Shown here piece after piece: positions 43,851 through 53,800 of a stretch of DNA of 64,000 nucleotides. The position numbers were made by a program, and so were the translations under genes. Source of the stretch: a virus; IMG/VR virus record IMGVR_UViG_3300042691_036206, positions 2,655-66,654 of that record; one strand, written 5' to 3'. The notes beneath the pieces are model-generated. The model was not told where the DNA came from. It searched no databases and saw only the letters and a list, made by a program, of their open reading frames with translations. Numbering within the stretch: position 1 is the first letter of the stretch; each line of letters begins with the position of its first letter.

Positions 43851-46800
43851 TTATATCACGGCCTGCACTCCTCGTGCAGTCCACCGAACGTCAGCCGTGG
43901 CCCGAGAGCCAGCGGAGTTAAACAGCAGTACCTTGAAAGATGTCGGGTTGGCGATGTCGGTAAAGTCCACCACGGGTTTCAACTCCGTTGTTCCCTGCGG
44001 CGTGACGACGATTGCCGAAACGTCCAGGAAGCTCTTCGTGAAGGAGATTGTCGTTCCTCCAGCATCTCCCGAATTCGCCGTCGTGGTTCCCGAGTCGGTG
44101 ATTTCTTTCACGTTCACGGTACAGGAGACATCGGTCACCACGCACCAGTCTGTTTGCGTGCGGGGCGTTACGACGAGGGTGAGCTTCAGGTACCGGTAGT
44201 TATTGGGCGAGGCGTTCTTGTTGCCGGACTGCCCAGCGATCCACGGATCTCCGACGAGCTTCTTCCACGAGACGGTCGGCACGGGCTGAAGGCCGGAGCC
44301 GAAGGCCACATAATCGAATTTGACCGTTGCCTGCGGGAGCACTTCACCGAGGTCCACCGTGATGTCGATCTGCCCCGTGAGCATGTCGTTCGGCGTGAGC
44401 CAGTAAGAGAAACCCAGGTCAATGAGACCCTGAATGGTCGTGACGCCATTCTGCGTGAAGTGTTGGTCGAACGTCTCGGTCGTGTCGTAGGGTGCCCAGA
44501 CCGAGCCGCCGGTCGTGGTGAACGTTGCCGTGCCCGTTCCGCCCGTGATGGGCTCGAGCCAGTAGGAATACCCCGCCGTGATGAAATCCTGGATCGTCGT
44601 TTTCGAGTTGCTCGTGAAATGCTGGTCAAACGTCTCCGCAGAGTTCGCCGCCGCTTGTACGCTGTAGGTCTCCGCAATGTAGGCGGCATTGGCGAGAGTT
44701 GCCCCTGAGAGAGTAATGCTGGGGCTTGCCCGAAACACGAAATCAGCAGGCGGATACACCGTGGTGGACACCTCAGCGACGGGGCCCTCGTTCCCGGCGA
44801 CATCCACCGCGGAAACGCGGAACGTGTACGCTGACGAAACCAGTTCCACGTAGGTGAAGAACGTTCCCGTGACGGTTCCCAGGTCATCGGATCTCGTGGC
44901 GGTCTTTCGCGTCACCCTGTAATAGGCGACCGGGAAAGTCGTCGTTGTCGGCACTTCCCACCGGAGCATCACGTTGTTGTCGATGAGGTTAACCGAAAAG
45001 TTTTGCGGCACTCCGGGGGCCGACACCACTAGGTCGGCAGTGGCGTCATTTACGGAGTAGTTCCCCGTCGTATCAAGTGCCCGGACGATGAATCGCACTG
45101 TTCCGGCCGGAAGGGCCTGATAGGAATGGGTAGTCGATCGAACCCTGACCGCAGTCGCCGGAACGTCGTTGAAGCCTGTGAAGACCGTGCCGTACCGAAT
45201 CTCGTACTCTCGCACATCGAGGTCCGTCACGGCGTTCCACGACACCTTCACCCGTTGCCCCTCGACGACGGCAACGACTCCCGTCACGTTGCTTGGTGCC
45301 GCCGTTTTGCCGATGACGGTGTGGCCCGTTGTGGTCACCCAGTTGCCCCGAGCGCCGAGGGCATTCACCGAGCGGATTCGAACATCGTACGACGAGCCAT
45401 CCCGCACATCGAGTATGTAGTAGTTGGACGAGCTTCCGGGCACATCGCCCGCGTCCTGCCAGGTCGAACTGGAGGTGAGTTTGAATTGAAGCTCGTAATA
45501 CCCACCATTCTGAACGAAAGCGTCGGAAGCCATTACCCAGGAAGCGTAAAGCCGCGAGAAGACCGTGCCGTCGCTTCGGATGTAGAGATAGTTCGTGCCT
45601 GACGCGAGCGTGAGCGACGTGGGATCGGCGACGATAAACGGGTTCGGCAGGTTGGTGTTCGGATTCGTGTCGTACGTCGTCTCCATCCCGGAGTTCCAGT
45701 CGTATACTGCCGCCGCGGTCTCCCGGAGCAACAGCCGCACGGTGAACATCGGGGAGCCTTCCGGGCTGTCTTCGATCTGAAGAGCCGAGCGCACCACTTC
45801 GAACGTTTTCGCCGACCATCCAAACTCTGAGAATGTAACGTTCACCCATTCGCCTGGCTCTGCCTGGTACGCGGCCATGGTCGCTGTGAATTCGACGGTG
45901 ATGCCCTGGCGGTTTTGCTCAAGCTCGATCTTGGCGAGCCGCTGGCATCGCTGGTGCGACGTGACGAGGTTGTACGTGAGATCTTCGTAAATCGTCACGC
46001 CACTGTCGGCGGTGACATAGCTTGAATTCGTGACGACCGGGAAATCTGATTCCTCAAAGCCATTCGTCTCCGAGACGAACGTGCCCCGTACGCTGTTGAA
46101 GCTCTCCGCCCGAGGAGCCTTCGTCATCACCTGAATGTCCGAGAGGATCATGTCTTCCGTGAGCGTCATGACCGCCGTGCGGGATTCGCCGACGTAGAGC
46201 GAGTACTTTCCTTCGGAATACACAAGCCTTCCGGCCATGCTGGCGAGCATGTCATCAATTAGAGAGCCGGGGGCCTCGTCCACCCCGGCGTGGAAGTCGA
46301 GCCAATAGCGTGGCTCTGTGCCGCCGCCCGCAAGGGAGACCGTCCCGCCAGCGGTGGTGACTGCCGCGTTCAATCGTGTCGAATTAAAATCCGAAAGCGA
46401 AAGGCCAAGGCCGTAGCGCGAGCTTCTCATGTAATCGAGCAGAACCATTGCCGCGTTGCCGGAAACTTCCGTGCCTGTGGTTACGGGATTGTAAACATCG
46501 TACTTTCCCGTGAGCCGAAAGGTGATGTCGGGCGTGCCGTTCTTGAAAACCGTTTCATTCCATTTGAGCCGCAGGTACACGTGAGCGTGCCCACGTTGGC
46601 GATGGTTGCTGGTCCATTTCGTCGGCACATCGGCAACCAACTCTGAGAGAGCGGCCTGGGCATCGGTGCCGTAATTGATCTGCATCTTCACGTACCCGGC
46701 AAAGATGCCGGTCGCGTTCACCACTCCGGTCGGGCGGGTCAGAAGGTTCGTGTCCCACTGCACGTCATATCCGTCGAAGTAAACATTTCTGAGGTACGTG

Positions 46801-47153
46801 ATTTCGTGGGCTGCGAGTGTGATGACCAGATGAAGATAAAGGTCCTTCATGTACGAGCCATCGGGCTGTACCGCCCCGTCGCTCGTGTGGATGAAGGTGA
46901 CGGCACCGCCGACTTGAACGGTCCCGAACATGATCTGCCACGGGTTGGTCGGGTCAGTCGCGGCTTCCTCTTTCCCTTTGAGGTATCGCTTGATCTCGTT
47001 TCGCTTTCGGAGCTTGGCGATGTAATGCTTGCGGCTTTCTAGGTCGCTCGGCTTGTTATGTTTGCGTAGATACTTGAAGGCCTTGTCGGTCTCTGCCTTC
47101 GTGATCGGGCCTTGCCCCAACCAATATCGTTCACCGCTCGTGAGCTTCGTCAT
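43851..47153 (-). CDS. tail tip / central fibre protein (gpJ-like) with FN3 domains
   Basis: HRQRGHAHVYLRL, FNSVRGTF, QRLAKIELEQNR, YDVRIRSVNALG, GKTAAPSNV. Confidence 0.88.
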   Translation of the reverse strand: MTKLTSGERYWLGQGPITKAETDKAFKYLRKHNKPSDLESRKHYIAKLRKRNEIKRYLKGKEEAATDPTNPWQIMFGTVQVGGAVTFIHTSDGAVQPDGSYMKDLYLHLVITLAAHEITYLRNVYFDGYDVQWDTNLLTRPTGVVNATGIFAGYVKMQINYGTDAQAALSELVADVPTKWTSNHRQRGHAHVYLRLKWNETVFKNGTPDITFRLTGKYDVYNPVTTGTEVSGNAAMVLLDYMRSSRYGLGLSLSDFNSTRLNAAVTTAGGTVSLAGGGTEPRYWLDFHAGVDEAPGSLIDDMLASMAGRLVYSEGKYSLYVGESRTAVMTLTEDMILSDIQVMTKAPRAESFNSVRGTFVSETNGFEESDFPVVTNSSYVTADSGVTIYEDLTYNLVTSHQRCQRLAKIELEQNRQGITVEFTATMAAYQAEPGEWVNVTFSEFGWSAKTFEVVRSALQIEDSPEGSPMFTVRLLLRETAAAVYDWNSGMETTYDTNPNTNLPNPFIVADPTSLTLASGTNYLYIRSDGTVFSRLYASWVMASDAFVQNGGYYELQFKLTSSSTWQDAGDVPGSSSNYYILDVRDGSSYDVRIRSVNALGARGNWVTTTGHTVIGKTAAPSNVTGVVAVVEGQRVKVSWNAVTDLDVREYEIRYGTVFTGFNDVPATAVRVRSTTHSYQALPAGTVRFIVRALDTTGNYSVNDATADLVVSAPGVPQNFSVNLIDNNVMLRWEVPTTTTFPVAYYRVTRKTATRSDDLGTVTGTFFTYVELVSSAYTFRVSAVDVAGNEGPVAEVSTTVYPPADFVFRASPSITLSGATLANAAYIAETYSVQAAANSAETFDQHFTSNSKTTIQDFITAGYSYWLEPITGGTGTATFTTTGGSVWAPYDTTETFDQHFTQNGVTTIQGLIDLGFSYWLTPNDMLTGQIDITVDLGEVLPQATVKFDYVAFGSGLQPVPTVSWKKLVGDPWIAGQSGNKNASPNNYRYLKLTLVVTPRTQTDWCVVTDVSCTVNVKEITDSGTTTANSGDAGGTTISFTKSFLDVSAIVVTPQGTTELKPVVDFTDIANPTSFKVLLFNSAGSRATADVRWTARGVQAVI

Positions 47154-47154
47154 A

Positions 47155-47784
47155 TCACCGATTCTTTTTTGGCGACCCTTTCGGCTTTCGTGTCGCCCGT
47201 CGATCTTCCTTGCTCAGCTTCTTCTTTTGCCCGCTCCAGGTTCCGTGCCAGTTTGCCGCGGCCTGAACGTACTGAAATCCCAAGTCACCGGCGAATAGCT
47301 TTGTCTGACAATCGTGCGTCCACCGCTGCTCCCGTGGTCGTTCCATATCCATTAGAGGAGAATCATACATGAGCCGCACTTGGGGCGCGTCAGGCGAATA
47401 GTCAAGTTCTGCGTGACTGTAGACGCCTTTCCACCAGAGGTATGGGTCGGCGATGACAGCACCCGAGGCATTTAGAAAGCCGATGTAAAGAGACCCCGCC
47501 GCCCCTTGCTTCTGATCGGAAAGGATGAGCGAGATGACTGCCGAGGGAACGGCGGATAGCACGATCGTCATGTCGACCGCTTCCACTTCCGTCGTCTCGT
47601 CGCCCCCTTCCATGCTCCGAAACCAGCCATTACCGAGCCATGTTTGTGCGTTCCACGTGAGATCTCCCCATCCGTTCCAGAGGCGGATGGTGGAGCTTGC
47701 GAAAACGCCTTCGAAAAGCACGATAGGACGGTTATTCGCGGCGATTGCCTCTGCAATGAACCCAGCGGTTAGGTTTCTCGCCAC
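47155..47784 (-). CDS. minor tail protein (hub/gpL-like)
   Basis: RLWNGWGDLTWNAQTWLGNG...RWTHDCQ..FAGDLGFQYV; GTG start at about 47784. Confidence 0.75.
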   Translation of the reverse strand: MARNLTAGFIAEAIAANNRPIVLFEGVFASSTIRLWNGWGDLTWNAQTWLGNGWFRSMEGGDETTEVEAVDMTIVLSAVPSAVISLILSDQKQGAAGSLYIGFLNASGAVIADPYLWWKGVYSHAELDYSPDAPQVRLMYDSPLMDMERPREQRWTHDCQTKLFAGDLGFQYVQAAANWHGTWSGQKKKLSKEDRRATRKPKGSPKKNR

Positions 47785-47785
47785 A

Positions 47786-48406
47786 CTAGATCGCCTCCAC
47801 CGCAGTGAATGCAATGCTGTAGATTCTCTCGATGTCGAGATCGAAGAGCGGCACCTCGACAGAGTTCAGGCGGAAGAGCCCCTTGGGACTTGCCGTGATG
47901 ATCGAGGTGTTGTTCGCCGGGCTTTCCCGCAGGCGTGGCCGGATTTCGAGCGTTGCGTTTCCGCTGCCGTCGGAGTTGGCGTCCTGCTTCACCTTGTAAA
48001 GCCGCTGGCCGATCTGGATGTAATCTCCCGCCTTCAGGATGCCCGTGATGTTGATTGTCCATCCTTTTGTGAGGAGGGTTTCTCCCGTTTGACTGCCGCC
48101 GTTCACGAGCGGTGTTCCGGTTGCCGTGCCACGAGGGTTCTTTCCCCACGGATCACCCATCAGAAACGTTCCGACCGGGCCCTTGAGCGATTCGAGAAAG
48201 CCGACCCACGGCTCTGCCTTTGCCCGTTGGCATGGGGCGATGGAGACATCGCACGCCCAAAGCTGCCCAGTGTGCTCCTGTACCTGCGTGGCAAAGCTCC
48301 ACGGGGAGCGAAGCATCGCGACTGACTCCATGAGCCGCAAGGAAAACCCATCGATTCCCGACGCCGTTGGGGTTGTTGGAAGATTGAGGGGAAACGATAC
48401 CGCCAT
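47786..48406 (-). CDS. distal tail protein
   Basis: SPWSFATQVQ..GQLW...FLESLKG...LKAGDYIQIG...I.PRLR; follows the tape measure. Confidence 0.75.
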   Translation of the reverse strand: MAVSFPLNLPTTPTASGIDGFSLRLMESVAMLRSPWSFATQVQEHTGQLWACDVSIAPCQRAKAEPWVGFLESLKGPVGTFLMGDPWGKNPRGTATGTPLVNGGSQTGETLLTKGWTINITGILKAGDYIQIGQRLYKVKQDANSDGSGNATLEIRPRLRESPANNTSIITASPKGLFRLNSVEVPLFDLDIERIYSIAFTAVEAI

Positions 48407-48409
48407 GGC

Positions 48410-51400
48410 CTACACCGACCTCCTGCGTTGGCTGTTTATGCTTCGGAGTATTCCGCGGGAGACCCGTTCCTCCGATTCGCGAATCGCGGCACGAATGCGG
48501 CCCTCCACTCCAGGAGCGGCACCTCGGGCGTCGATGTTCACGACGTACCCGCCGCCACCGCCATTGATGCCGTGCAGGGAAACGCCGAGCTTTCCGTTTC
48601 GCCGCGTGAGTGGGAGAATCGCCTCGGGGCCTGCCTCTCCCATGAGTGCCCGCGTGGGGCCTCTCACGATGCCGCCGCTTGCGAAAGCTTCTTCAGTGTC
48701 TTCGTCCGGTGATGCCGGAGGGGCCTTGCCGGCCATTGCGAAAAGAGCCCGTGTGTTCTCCATCGTGGCCGACGTGTTGCTCGACGTTGCAGAATTCAGG
48801 CTCCCCACGGCATCGGCCATCTTGTTACCCGTCTCCTGAAACTTCACGCCTGCCGCTTGCATGTCGGCGACGAAGCCGCCTGCGGTTCTATCGTCGAGCT
48901 TCATGCCGGCTTCGATGCTTGTCACGCCACGCTGATTAGCCGCTGCGAAGAACGCATCCACGGTTTTTGGGTCGTAGGTCTTGAGCATCTCCTCGCGAAG
49001 CTGCGTCATGGTCTTGATGCCTTTCTCGCCTGCCTCAATGAAAATGTCCCGGACGCTTTGAATGGCTTCGAACCCTTTCGCGCCTGAGTTAAGCAGGTTT
49101 TGCATCGCCTGGTTCCAGTCGCCAACCGCCGTCAGCCCAGGCTTGAACGCTTCAGCCGCCCCTTGAATTCCCGTCTCAATCTCAAGCCAGGTTTTTTCGC
49201 CGCGCTTGCCCATCTCGACGAGCTTGTCCTGAATCTCTTCGAACGATAGGCCGAGCTGTTGCACCATGTGGCGGGCGTTGTCGACGTTATTCGCGAGGTT
49301 CTCACCAAGCATTGCCGCAATTTGCCCACCCACGTCCTCGGTAATGCCCAAGATCTCTTTGAGGCCCATGCCGAGCCCGCTGAAGGTGGCGGCACCGGGC
49401 TTTTTGTTGAACTCGTCCGCCCAGCCCGGCTTGTTGAACCTGCTCGAAGATCCCTCCATGAAATTCGTCATGCGGGAAAAGCTGCCGTCCTGCTGACGAA
49501 CCTGGAAGCCGCCGATCTTCTTTAGCTGGTCCTCCATCCAATTCGCGAAGGTGTGGCGGGCTTGGGTCTCGGCGTTTTGCGGGCCCCATTTGAACATGCC
49601 GCCGATGGTCTTACCGAGAGCGCCACCGATTGCAGCGCCGAGAGGAGCCGCTAGACCGGCAGAGAGAGCACCGGCAATTGCAGCGCCACCCAAAGCCCCC
49701 GCCGCTTGGCCGGTTCCGCTGTTGTCCTTTCCAGCCTTGTCTTGCCCTCGTGCATTAAGAGCGTTTCCAATAACGGCAGTGGCACCCGAGATCCATCCGT
49801 CCCAGTTTTGCCCACCGTTGAATTGGCCGTTCTGCATTCCAGGGCCTTGAATGCCCGCCCCGTGAGCCTGATCGGTGGTCATTCCGTTGCCGAGCATCGA
49901 CCCAACACCGGAGAAGATCGAGCCGAGACCGCCGCCCGATTGTGTCGTGCCGTCACCGAAGAGATAGTTCAGGCCATCACCGACACCGGCCGCGATCGTC
50001 TGTCCGAGGCCAAACAGACCGCCTTGATTCTCCTGCATTGAGGAGAACATGCCCGCTGCAATCTGAGAGCCAAGGTTCGAGAGATTATTGGACACCTCGG
50101 GGTCAAGCCCGATCGAGGTGAACGCGAAGCCTAGAAGCCCTTCCCAGTCCTTGGCGCTCTTCTCCACTAGTGCTTTTTGGTCCTCGTACTGCTCTCGCAT
50201 GAGGCGTCCGGCTTGCTCGGACTTTTCTTTCTCAATCTCCTGAAGGGCTTTAAGTTCTTCCTTTTTGCGATCATCGACGACTTCGCGTGTGATCTTCTTT
50301 TCTGCGGCAATGCGTGGTGCTGTTTGAATCACGCCCGTGGAGCTTGGAGCGACGATAGGCTTCGTCCCGCTCACCGCCTGGCCCATGAACGCATCCATTC
50401 CGTCCGCGTTCTTTAGGTTTTGAAGCGCTCGTTCCGTATCCTTGATCTGCTGTCGAAGTTCTTCGGCTCGCTTATTGGCGGCCCCATCGAAAAGCCAATC
50501 GGCAAACTGGTTTTTCCCAGCCGCTTCAGACTTTGCAAGTTCGTTTTTAAGGTCCGCGAGTTTCTTGAGACCTTGCTCTGCGGGTGAGAGATTTCCAGTG
50601 AGGTATCTGAGACCAAGAGAAATGTTGTTGATTTCCCCCGCAACGGTCTTCAGTGATGGCAGAACGCTTGCAATGCTACTGACCATCGAAGCAATGTCTG
50701 AACCTACTTGCCTCCAATCAATTGAATTGACCGCCTGCTCAAGCTCGCGATAAACATTCTGGAGTTCTGCGCTCTCATTGATCCCGATGCCCATCGTCTT
50801 CCAGGCATCTTCCATCGCCGTTGAAAACGCCTTGTGAGCGTTGCTGACGGAATCAGTGATGGGAGCCATTAGCTCCATCTTGACGCGGAACGCTTCAATT
50901 GCCGCAGCGGCATTGCCTGTCTTGCTGCCGGTATCGGCGATGGTGATCCCGAAATCCTTTAAAGCCTTCGTCGAGCCCTTCCCAATAGCGTCCGTGATAC
51001 CTTGAAGGACTTCAACGGTATCTCGGCCCGTAGCGTTGGCGAATCTTCCGGCGAAATCGGCGAGCATGCCGAAGCTGTCATTCAACTTGGGGATTCCACG
51101 AAGCATGCCCTCGTTGGCGATCTTCATGAGATCGAACGACGACACCATTCCGAGCGTGGCTTTTCGAGCGGATTCGATTGCCGAGGAGCTTCCGCCAAGT
51201 TGCTTGAAACTGTCAGCGATTGAGCCGACTTCTTCCCCAGCGTCGGCGAGGTTTCCCAACAGCGTGGGCAACTGCCGAAGTTGCGTCATGAACTCGCGGG
51301 AAAGCCCTTGACCAAGCCCCTCGAAAAATCCACGGGTAACCGATCCCATTTTGCCGGTCGCCCGTGAGAGAATCCCCACGGCCTTGTCCATGTCCTGCTG

Positions 51401-51460
51401 GAGCTGAGCGGTGTTCGCTCGAAGGTCTACGAGAAGCGAGTAAAGTGCCTTATCAGCCAT
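48410..51460 (-). CDS. tail tape measure protein
   Basis: SLLVDLRANTAQ N-terminus; Ala/Gly-rich; FASGGIV.GPT...MGEAGPEAILPL. Confidence 0.92.
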   Translation of the reverse strand: MADKALYSLLVDLRANTAQLQQDMDKAVGILSRATGKMGSVTRGFFEGLGQGLSREFMTQLRQLPTLLGNLADAGEEVGSIADSFKQLGGSSSAIESARKATLGMVSSFDLMKIANEGMLRGIPKLNDSFGMLADFAGRFANATGRDTVEVLQGITDAIGKGSTKALKDFGITIADTGSKTGNAAAAIEAFRVKMELMAPITDSVSNAHKAFSTAMEDAWKTMGIGINESAELQNVYRELEQAVNSIDWRQVGSDIASMVSSIASVLPSLKTVAGEINNISLGLRYLTGNLSPAEQGLKKLADLKNELAKSEAAGKNQFADWLFDGAANKRAEELRQQIKDTERALQNLKNADGMDAFMGQAVSGTKPIVAPSSTGVIQTAPRIAAEKKITREVVDDRKKEELKALQEIEKEKSEQAGRLMREQYEDQKALVEKSAKDWEGLLGFAFTSIGLDPEVSNNLSNLGSQIAAGMFSSMQENQGGLFGLGQTIAAGVGDGLNYLFGDGTTQSGGGLGSIFSGVGSMLGNGMTTDQAHGAGIQGPGMQNGQFNGGQNWDGWISGATAVIGNALNARGQDKAGKDNSGTGQAAGALGGAAIAGALSAGLAAPLGAAIGGALGKTIGGMFKWGPQNAETQARHTFANWMEDQLKKIGGFQVRQQDGSFSRMTNFMEGSSSRFNKPGWADEFNKKPGAATFSGLGMGLKEILGITEDVGGQIAAMLGENLANNVDNARHMVQQLGLSFEEIQDKLVEMGKRGEKTWLEIETGIQGAAEAFKPGLTAVGDWNQAMQNLLNSGAKGFEAIQSVRDIFIEAGEKGIKTMTQLREEMLKTYDPKTVDAFFAAANQRGVTSIEAGMKLDDRTAGGFVADMQAAGVKFQETGNKMADAVGSLNSATSSNTSATMENTRALFAMAGKAPPASPDEDTEEAFASGGIVRGPTRALMGEAGPEAILPLTRRNGKLGVSLHGINGGGGGYVVNIDARGAAPGVEGRIRAAIRESEERVSRGILRSINSQRRRSV

Positions 51461-51829
51461 GGTCCTCCTTTACTTCGCGTGGAGGAAATGCGGCCTTGAG
51501 GTAGGTGAGAATTGCATCGGGCGACATGTCGCCGGGAGTGGCTTGAGCCTCTTCTTCTGCCGCGTAGGACGGCATGAAGTCTTTGGGCGTGTAGGGCTTC
51601 GGTCGGGACTTCTCGTCCCGGTGGCAGTTGGCAATGATGGATGCGACGTTGGCGGAATAGAACTCGTCCCGCTGGTTCCTGTCGTCGTGCCGGTCAGAGA
51701 GGGCAGCGAATTGCGGTGGAGTGAGGTCCCAGAACTGTTCGCTCGAAAGCCCAAAATCGTACACACCGATCGCCCACAACGTTAACCAACAAACCGAGTC
51801 TTCCTCGCCGCCGTCTACGCGGCTTCGTC
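51453..51829 (-). CDS. tail assembly chaperone, frameshifted C-terminal part (gpT)
   Basis: The -1 frame is open from the A7 run: ...RRSRVDGGEEDSVCWLTLWAIG..FGLSSEQFWDLTPPQF. Confidence 0.8.
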
Positions 51830-52144
51830 TTTTTTTGCGGCCTCTGGCACCTGGGCCCGCTTGAACATGACCGCGAGAAGCTCTTGAACTGTGGAAAGGT
51901 CCTTTCCATCGACTTCCTCGGCCACGTCATCGATGCTTTTCCCGAGCTTCTCACCGCCGAGCGCTGCCCAGATGAAGGTCACCATGTCCAAGGCTGATGC
52001 CATGAGCCAAGTTGACTGTGCCATCGCGTTCTTTCCCGTCGCCTTTTCGAATCGGCAGAATGTGCCGAACGTTGGCGAGAGTTTGTGCGGTGCGCCAAAG
52101 ACTTGAAGCGTAATTTCAGGGATCGCCTTATCTGCGTTGTCCAT
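51815..52144 (-). CDS. tail assembly chaperone (gpG)
   Basis: Between tail tube and TMP genes; ends with slippery GCA AAA AAA GAC. Confidence 0.8.
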   Translation of the reverse strand: MDNADKAIPEITLQVFGAPHKLSPTFGTFCRFEKATGKNAMAQSTWLMASALDMVTFIWAALGGEKLGKSIDDVAEEVDGKDLSTVQELLAVMFKRAQVPEAAKKDEAA

Positions 52145-52168
52145 AAACCTCCATTACCCCAGAGAGCA

Positions 52169-52573
52169 CTATGCCCAGGTCGGCCATCCGGTGAGCTTGA
52201 TGGTGACGTTTGCACCAACCGCCTGCTCAAGCTCTGCCGAGATCTCAAAGCCCGTCACGATACCGGTGAAGGACATCGAGATGGAGTTTGGAAAATCCAG
52301 CTTCCATGATTGATTAGTGCCGGAAAGCATGTCGCTCACGAGGAGCTGATGCGCCGTGCCGCCGGCGTTTGGAATGTAGTTGATGGAGAACGAGACTGTC
52401 CCGCCATCTTTCAAGGTCGAAAGAAACTCTCTGACATCGTTTGCCGAGTCAAAGCTTGTTGTCTCTGTCGTCGCTGCCTGAAGGCTTGGCCCCCTGACGC
52501 CTTTCACCTCGGCAATTGCCGTTGTGATTCGCTTTAATGTACATCCACCGCCGAAAATTGCTCCTGAAGGCAT
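52169..52573 (-). CDS. tail tube protein, short paralogue
   Basis: IAEVKGVRGPSL...ETTSFDS...REFLSTLKDGGTVSF. Confidence 0.85.
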   Translation of the reverse strand: MPSGAIFGGGCTLKRITTAIAEVKGVRGPSLQAATTETTSFDSANDVREFLSTLKDGGTVSFSINYIPNAGGTAHQLLVSDMLSGTNQSWKLDFPNSISMSFTGIVTGFEISAELEQAVGANVTIKLTGWPTWA

Positions 52574-52597
52574 ATTTTCTTATTGCACCCCCTTACG

Positions 52598-53365
52598 TTA
52601 ATACCAAGTAGGCCAACCGCTGATCTTCAGCGATACGTTGGCCTGAACTGCTTGTTCCAACTCTGCCGATACTTCGAAACCCGTCACCACCGCAGCAAAC
52701 GACATCGTGGTTCTCTTCGTGTCATCGAACTGAAGCTCGAAATTCCTGACCGTCCCCGCGAGCATGTCCGCGACGAGGTACTGGTGCCCATTACTGGAGG
52801 CGTTGGGGATGTAGTTGATTGCGAAGGAGACCGTACCGCCATCCTTCAGCGTTGAAATGAATTCACGAATCTTATTCGAGTCGAAGCTCGTCACTTCCGA
52901 CGTTGCTGCTTGAAGGCTTGGGCCTCTAACGCCTTTGACTTCAGCGACCGCTGTGAACGTTTCGCCCGCGATACCACCGGAGAGGGAGGAAGAGCCTGCT
53001 GCCGCAATCGTGCCGGTACCGTCGCCGACGCCGAAGGAGGCATCCCAGTTGGCCCGAAAAACGCTGTCCGCGTAGAGCGCGTCTACGATTTGAGTGACTG
53101 TTGAGGTTGCGGACCCGCCGCCGTTGGTGGCCGAGTTGATTGTTACCGCCGAGGTGGTAACGACCACGGAGAGTGCGGTGTTGAGACCCGAGACGACAAT
53201 CGAGCATGTCTTCGAGTTGCCCGCCGTTCCGCCCGTTCCCCAGTAAATGATGATCTGCGAATTGGTGGTGCCCATTGTACGGGAGGCACGAACTGCCGTA
53301 GTGCCGGAATCACCGTTACCCCTACGAAATGCACATCCTGCTCCCGCGCTTGCTGCCGACGCCAT
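52598..53365 (-). CDS. tail tube protein, long paralogue with inserted domain
   Basis: Same core motifs plus an insertion of about 115 aa after the first strand. Confidence 0.85.
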   Translation of the reverse strand: MASAASAGAGCAFRRGNGDSGTTAVRASRTMGTTNSQIIIYWGTGGTAGNSKTCSIVVSGLNTALSVVVTTSAVTINSATNGGGSATSTVTQIVDALYADSVFRANWDASFGVGDGTGTIAAAGSSSLSGGIAGETFTAVAEVKGVRGPSLQAATSEVTSFDSNKIREFISTLKDGGTVSFAINYIPNASSNGHQYLVADMLAGTVRNFELQFDDTKRTTMSFAAVVTGFEVSAELEQAVQANVSLKISGWPTWY

Positions 53366-53392
53366 TGGCCTCCGCTACTGATTAATTCAACA

Positions 53393-53782
53393 TCATGAAT
53401 ACCAGACCCTACACGAGCCCGCTACGTGGTAAATCTCGGTGTCATCGTCGTAAAGCGATGCTGTCGACCACTCAAGCACATTGGTGACGGTCACGTCGCT
53501 GTAGGTCCATGACGCTCCGATGAGAGCATCCCTCACGAGAAGGGCGAGAGCGTTCGCCGCTGCCGCAGATCTTGCCCACGAGTGAATACTCACGATGGGA
53601 TTCGAAAGAGACGAGTACCCCGTGAAACTCTCGACCTGATCACCGACCGATACCTCGAACGTGATTGCCGGAAGCGTTGGGTTTTCCGGCATTTTGAGCT
53701 GATAAATGCGAGTGCCTACGATAGCCGTAATCGCCGAAGTACTTGAAAGCTTGTTGTGAATCGCCTCTTCAATCGTTGCCGT
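53393..53782 (-). CDS. tail terminator (DUF3168-like)
   Basis: ATIEEAIHNKL....ITAIVGTRIY...PENPTLPAITF; apparent start codon is ACG. Confidence 0.75.
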   Translation of the reverse strand, partial: TATIEEAIHNKLSSTSAITAIVGTRIYQLKMPENPTLPAITFEVSVGDQVESFTGYSSLSNPIVSIHSWARSAAAANALALLVRDALIGASWTYSDVTVTNVLEWSTASLYDDDTEIYHVAGSCRVWYS

Positions 53783-53800
53783 AAACCGTCCCTATCCTCT

